Of a stretch of DNA of 6,133 nt, positions 4,452 through 6,133 are shown in pieces; position 1 is the first letter of the stretch; each line of letters begins with the position of its first letter. This stretch comes from Candidatus Electronema aureum (GTDB taxonomy: Bacteria; Desulfobacterota; Desulfobulbia; Desulfobulbales; Desulfobulbaceae): positions 1 through 6,133 of the forward strand of contig NQJD01000068.1 in the NCBI GenBank assembly GCA_004284765.1, given 5' to 3'. The notes under the pieces are model-generated. The model saw only the letters and a list, made by a program, of their open reading frames with translations. It had not been told where the DNA came from and did no database searches. A program made the translations under genes and the position numbers.

Positions 4452-4604
4452 GTGAGACCAATTAAACAGCTTAAACTTCCACTGAACATTCCAGAAGGTT
4501 ATGAACTCCGATTCGTGAGCTACATAACTGCAAAAAATGGTCAGCGAATTTATGCAAAGCACTATGGGAAAAAGGCGTTTCCGATAGTTGTCCGAGTAAA
4601 GTAA
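4452..4604 (+). CDS. Small basic protein, 47-50 aa, unknown function
   Basis: A near-perfect SD, AAAGGAGGTGA, lies at 4445-4455. The frame opens after TGA 4443-4445. The candidate starts are GTG 4452 (zero spacing from the SD) or ATT 4461 (8-nt spacing); there is no ATG. The translation is (M)RPIKQLKLPLNIPEGYELRFVSYITAKNGQRIYAKHYGKKAFPIVVRVK, with stop TAA at 4602-4604. It is too short for the supplied track. Confidence 0.5.
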   Translation: MRPIKQLKLPLNIPEGYELRFVSYITAKNGQRIYAKHYGKKAFPIVVRVK

Positions 4605-4743
4605 TCAGCGACAGCAACTAGGCAATCGTTAGCACCCTCTTGGATTCTAAGAGTGCATTAAACACGATCAGAGTGAAGATCGTCCAGCCATAATTACGAA
4701 ATACATAATTTTGAACGAACGTAATTTGCCCAATCAGAATTAG

Positions 4744-4767
4744 TATAATTATTTCGTACGAACGAAA
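4744..4767 (+). promoter_or_regulatory. Consensus -10 (TATAAT 4744-4749) followed by the 16-bp operator-like element TTTCGTACGAACGAAA (4752-4767)
   Basis: A perfect TATAAT lies 33 nt upstream of ATG 4782. No good -35 sits at 16-18 bp (TTGCCC 4726-4731 is only 12 bp away). The operator contains the 10-bp palindrome TTCGTACGAA (4753-4762) and is 15/16 identical to 5619-5634. Extra ACGAA-type half-sites occur at 4695-4700 and 4714-4724. Confidence 0.55.
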
Positions 4768-4781
4768 TAATCGGGCACCCG

Positions 4782-5642
4782 ATGACTGACCAGGAACAAC
4801 CCAAACGCGGCCGTGGCCGGCCGAAGCAATACGCTTCCGACGCCGACCGTGCGCGCGCCTGGCGGCAGCGCCAGGCTGAACTGATTGCCCAGGCACAGCA
4901 GCCGGTGGCCCCGGTAGTCATCGAAAAGATCGTTGAAAAAGTGGTCGAAATCCCCGTCGACCGCAGAATCCAGGAAAACAGCCCCAAACCCGGCCGCAGC
5001 AAGGCCGCCGGAAGCACGCCGGACGCTACCAGGCTGGCCAGTGTGCTTAAACCCAAGTTCGGCGCCTACGGCGGTGAGGAACGCGCCAAACGGCTGCGCG
5101 TGAATGCTGCGCGCGCAGCCAGCACGGCGCGCGAGATCCTCGGGATGTTCGGCGCTGGCGAGGCCATCCCGGAAGCCGAAAAAGCCTTCCTGCAGCAGGC
5201 GGCACAGTTTTTCGAGGGGCTGAATGGGTTGTTCGAGACTAGCCAGCACAGCGCCAGGCAGGCCAAGACCCGGGCGGATGCCGAGCGCCAGGCAAAGCAC
5301 AACGCGAAACTTGCCGAGGTTGTTCGGCTGACCTTCGGTGAAACGCTCGACCAGGAACAAGTCCGGGCAACTGCCGAGGCGTTGCAAGCATTCGCCAGTA
5401 GCGAAACCGGCGCGGCGGAAGCTCGCCGCCGGCGCGTTGACCGCTCCTATTTCTTCATCAATCGGGAATATGAGTTGAAAGCGGCGCTGAAAGCCGGCGA
5501 TCCTCAACAGATTGCCCGTGAAGTTGCCGAAATTCGGTTGGATGCTGGCGAACGCGGTCGATTCTGGAATGATCGTGAGGAACGCTGTTACAGCGCTGGC
5601 TGGGCGGATTTTCTCGAATTTCGTTCGAACGAAAAACGCTGA
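4782..5642 (+). CDS. Hypothetical DNA-binding protein with an N-terminal AT-hook-like motif (286 aa)
   Basis: This is a track ORF with a strong GC3 bias. The N-terminus KRGRGRPKQYASDADRARAWRQRQ has an R-G-R-P core flanked by basic residues. The rest is A/E/Q/R-rich and helical. The longer minus-strand ORF 4749..5795 is its antisense shadow. There is no obvious SD. Confidence 0.85.
   Translation: MTDQEQPKRGRGRPKQYASDADRARAWRQRQAELIAQAQQPVAPVVIEKIVEKVVEIPVDRRIQENSPKPGRSKAAGSTPDATRLASVLKPKFGAYGGEERAKRLRVNAARAASTAREILGMFGAGEAIPEAEKAFLQQAAQFFEGLNGLFETSQHSARQAKTRADAERQAKHNAKLAEVVRLTFGETLDQEQVRATAEALQAFASSETGAAEARRRRVDRSYFFINREYELKAALKAGDPQQIAREVAEIRLDAGERGRFWNDREERCYSAGWADFLEFRSNEKR
5619..5634. 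promoter_or_regulatory. Perfect 16-bp palindrome TTTCGTTCGAACGAAA inside the last codons of the 286-aa gene
   Basis: Self-complementarity was checked base by base. It is 15/16 identical to the promoter element at 4752-4767. A T6 run at 5644-5649 lies 9 nt downstream. Confidence 0.6.
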
Positions 5643-5692
5643 TTTTTTGCCGTCGACCGCAAAATTGCTGCCAAGGAGAGCTGACTCAGCGA

Positions 5693-5727
5693 GTGGCAGA
5701 GATCGTAATGGCCTGAACTTCCCCGCA
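5693..5727 (+). repeat. 35-bp direct repeat, copy 1
   Basis: GTGGCAGAGATCGTAATGGCCTGAACTTCCCCGCA. It is 32/35 identical to 6034-6068, and the last 21 nt are identical. Confidence 0.85.
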
Positions 5728-5875
5728 ATTGTTTGAAAGTGGCGCTGCTTGGTTGCGATATGCGGTGCCGCTTCAAGCGGGAAGCTGTTGGCCATTCCCT
5801 CCCTATAGACTGCTTTTTAAAGCGGTTAAATAGTTGAAGGTGGTCCACCCTCAGGCGTGATCAAGGTTGAACAAG

Positions 5876-5969
5876 GAGGGGGCACTACAAGCCCCCTCTG
5901 GGGGCCTCGATAAGAGGGAGGGGGGGCCGGCTTTGCCGGGGGAACCCCGAAGGGGTGCCCCTTGCCCGG
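5876..5969. other. GC-rich hairpin cluster (block B)
   Basis: The first hairpin is GAGGGGGC-actacaa-GCCCCCTC (5876-5898). An alternative pairing is CCCTCT (5894-5899) with AGAGGG (5913-5918). The next hairpin is CCGGC-TTT-GCCGG (5927-5939). The next is GGGG-A-ACCCC-GAA-GGGGT-G-CCCC (5939-5961). A possible closing helix is CCGGG (5936-5940) with CCCGG (5965-5969). Confidence 0.55.
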
Positions 5970-5977
5970 TTGCGCCG

Positions 5978-5995
5978 CACGAAATTTATCCAGGG
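5978..5995 (+). promoter_or_regulatory. Third copy of the CACGAA(A)TTTAT..CCA.GG motif
   Basis: CACGAAATTTATCCAGGG here, against CACGAATTTATACCACGG at 1988-2005. It sits at the 3' flank of a GC hairpin block, in the same relative position as the copy in block A. Confidence 0.35.
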
Positions 5996-6025
5996 GTCGT
6001 CTCAGAAAACGGAAAATAAAGCACG

Positions 6026-6133
6026 CTAAGCCGGTGGCAGCGGTCGCAATGGCCTGAACTTCCCCGCACCGACCTTGGCACTGCTGCGCCATAGGTAATC
6101 GCCGGTCAGGTTGATATGCTCCCACCCCAGCGG
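6026..6133 (-). CDS. Possible 3' end of a minus-strand CDS entering from the right edge
   Basis: The minus frame is open from base 6133 to TAG (6028..6026). It reads [35 protein letters not shown], with mostly G/C third positions. Only 35 codons are visible and they overlap repeat copy 2. A plus-strand ATG at 6116 is an alternative reading. I cannot discriminate between them. Confidence 0.3.
   Translation of the reverse strand, partial: PLGWEHINLTGDYLWRSSAKVGAGKFRPLRPLPPA
6034..6068 (+). repeat. 35-bp direct repeat, copy 2
   Basis: GTGGCAGCGGTCGCAATGGCCTGAACTTCCCCGCA, located 341 bp downstream of copy 1. Confidence 0.85.

Larger units (their letters stand above)
4034..4781. other. AT-rich compositional island (roughly 40% GC by eye, against >60% in the flanks)
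   Basis: The composition changes abruptly at about 4034 (..GGTTCAGGTTTTTCTGAAAAAAATAAAC) and about 4775 (..GAAATAATCGGGCACCCGATG). The island contains its own stem-loops, a Firmicutes-style SD, small ORFs and the promoter of the 4782 gene. Confidence 0.7.

Noticed and set aside
4618-4896. 92-aa minus ORF with a hydrophobic C-terminal half (IIILILIGQITFV..GWTIFTLIVF)
   Set aside because: Its start and first 40 codons are antisense to the 286-aa gene. The hydrophobic tail is what AT-rich promoter DNA translates to, and there is no internal start or SD.
4749-5795. 348-aa minus-strand ORF from the track
   Set aside because: It is antisense to the 4782..5642 gene, which has the better codon bias and a recognisable N-terminal DNA-binding motif. 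The minus translation has no protein-like pattern.
1304-5869. Exact 11-mer repeats: GATCAAGGTTG (1304 and 5859), GGAGCCGCAAC (1477 and 1959), GCTGCAAGCCG (1891 and 1937)
   Set aside because: A few exact 11-mer repeats are expected by chance in 6 kb of biased sequence, and the flanks do not extend the matches.
5986-5994. DnaA-box-like TTATCCAGG
   Set aside because: It matches only 7 of 9 positions of TTATCCACA and is a single copy with no cluster.
5693-6133. Reading the right edge as a tyrosine-recombinase fragment (LGWEHINL...AGKFRPL), with the 35-bp repeats as a split-gene junction
   Set aside because: Continuing the frame from repeat copy 1 runs antisense through the well-supported 286-aa gene and lacks any R..HxxR..Y catalytic pattern. 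Only 35 codons are visible at the edge.
1-6133. Scan for CRISPR arrays, tRNA/rRNA genes, IS elements or transposases, and integron attC sites
   Set aside because: I found no regularly spaced repeat-spacer array, no cloverleaf-compatible segment and no transposase-like ORF. The hairpins lack the RYYYAAC/GTTRRRY cores of attC sites.

Overview
The window looks like plasmid- or ICE-like accessory DNA from a GC-rich (probably proteobacterial) host. All family calls below come from reading translations by eye; no search was run.

Convincing coding sequence covers only about 60% of the window:
- A minus-strand gene runs off the left edge (1..1172). It is absent from the ORF track. It reads as an AbiEi-antitoxin-like winged-helix module fused to the N-terminal part of a Fic-family domain.
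- A two-gene overlapping operon on the plus strand: a wHTH plus PD-(D/E)xK-like 'replication-relaxation'-type protein (2056..2877) and a lipoprotein/membrane coiled-coil protein (2853..3476).
- A 286-aa protein with an N-terminal AT-hook-like motif (4782..5642).
- A roughly 50-aa ORF behind a near-perfect Shine-Dalgarno sequence (4452..4604).

The remaining ~40% is the unusual part:
- Three GC-rich, ORF-poor, hairpin-dense blocks lie at about 1320-1985, 3480-3800 and 5730-6030.
- The first block has two hairpins with a conserved 18-nt loop and fully compensated stem changes. It also has a perfect 17-bp inverted repeat closing a 136-nt segment.
- The last block is bracketed by 35-bp direct repeats.
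- A ~750-bp AT-rich island (4034..4781) carries its own stem-loops.
- A 16-bp operator-like element, TTTCGT-N4-ACGAAA, recurs at the promoter and at the 3' end of the 286-aa gene. Related half-sites occur elsewhere.
- Three tandem 23-bp repeats abut the start codon of the Fic-like gene.

I found no rRNA, tRNA, CRISPR array, transposase or reverse transcriptase.
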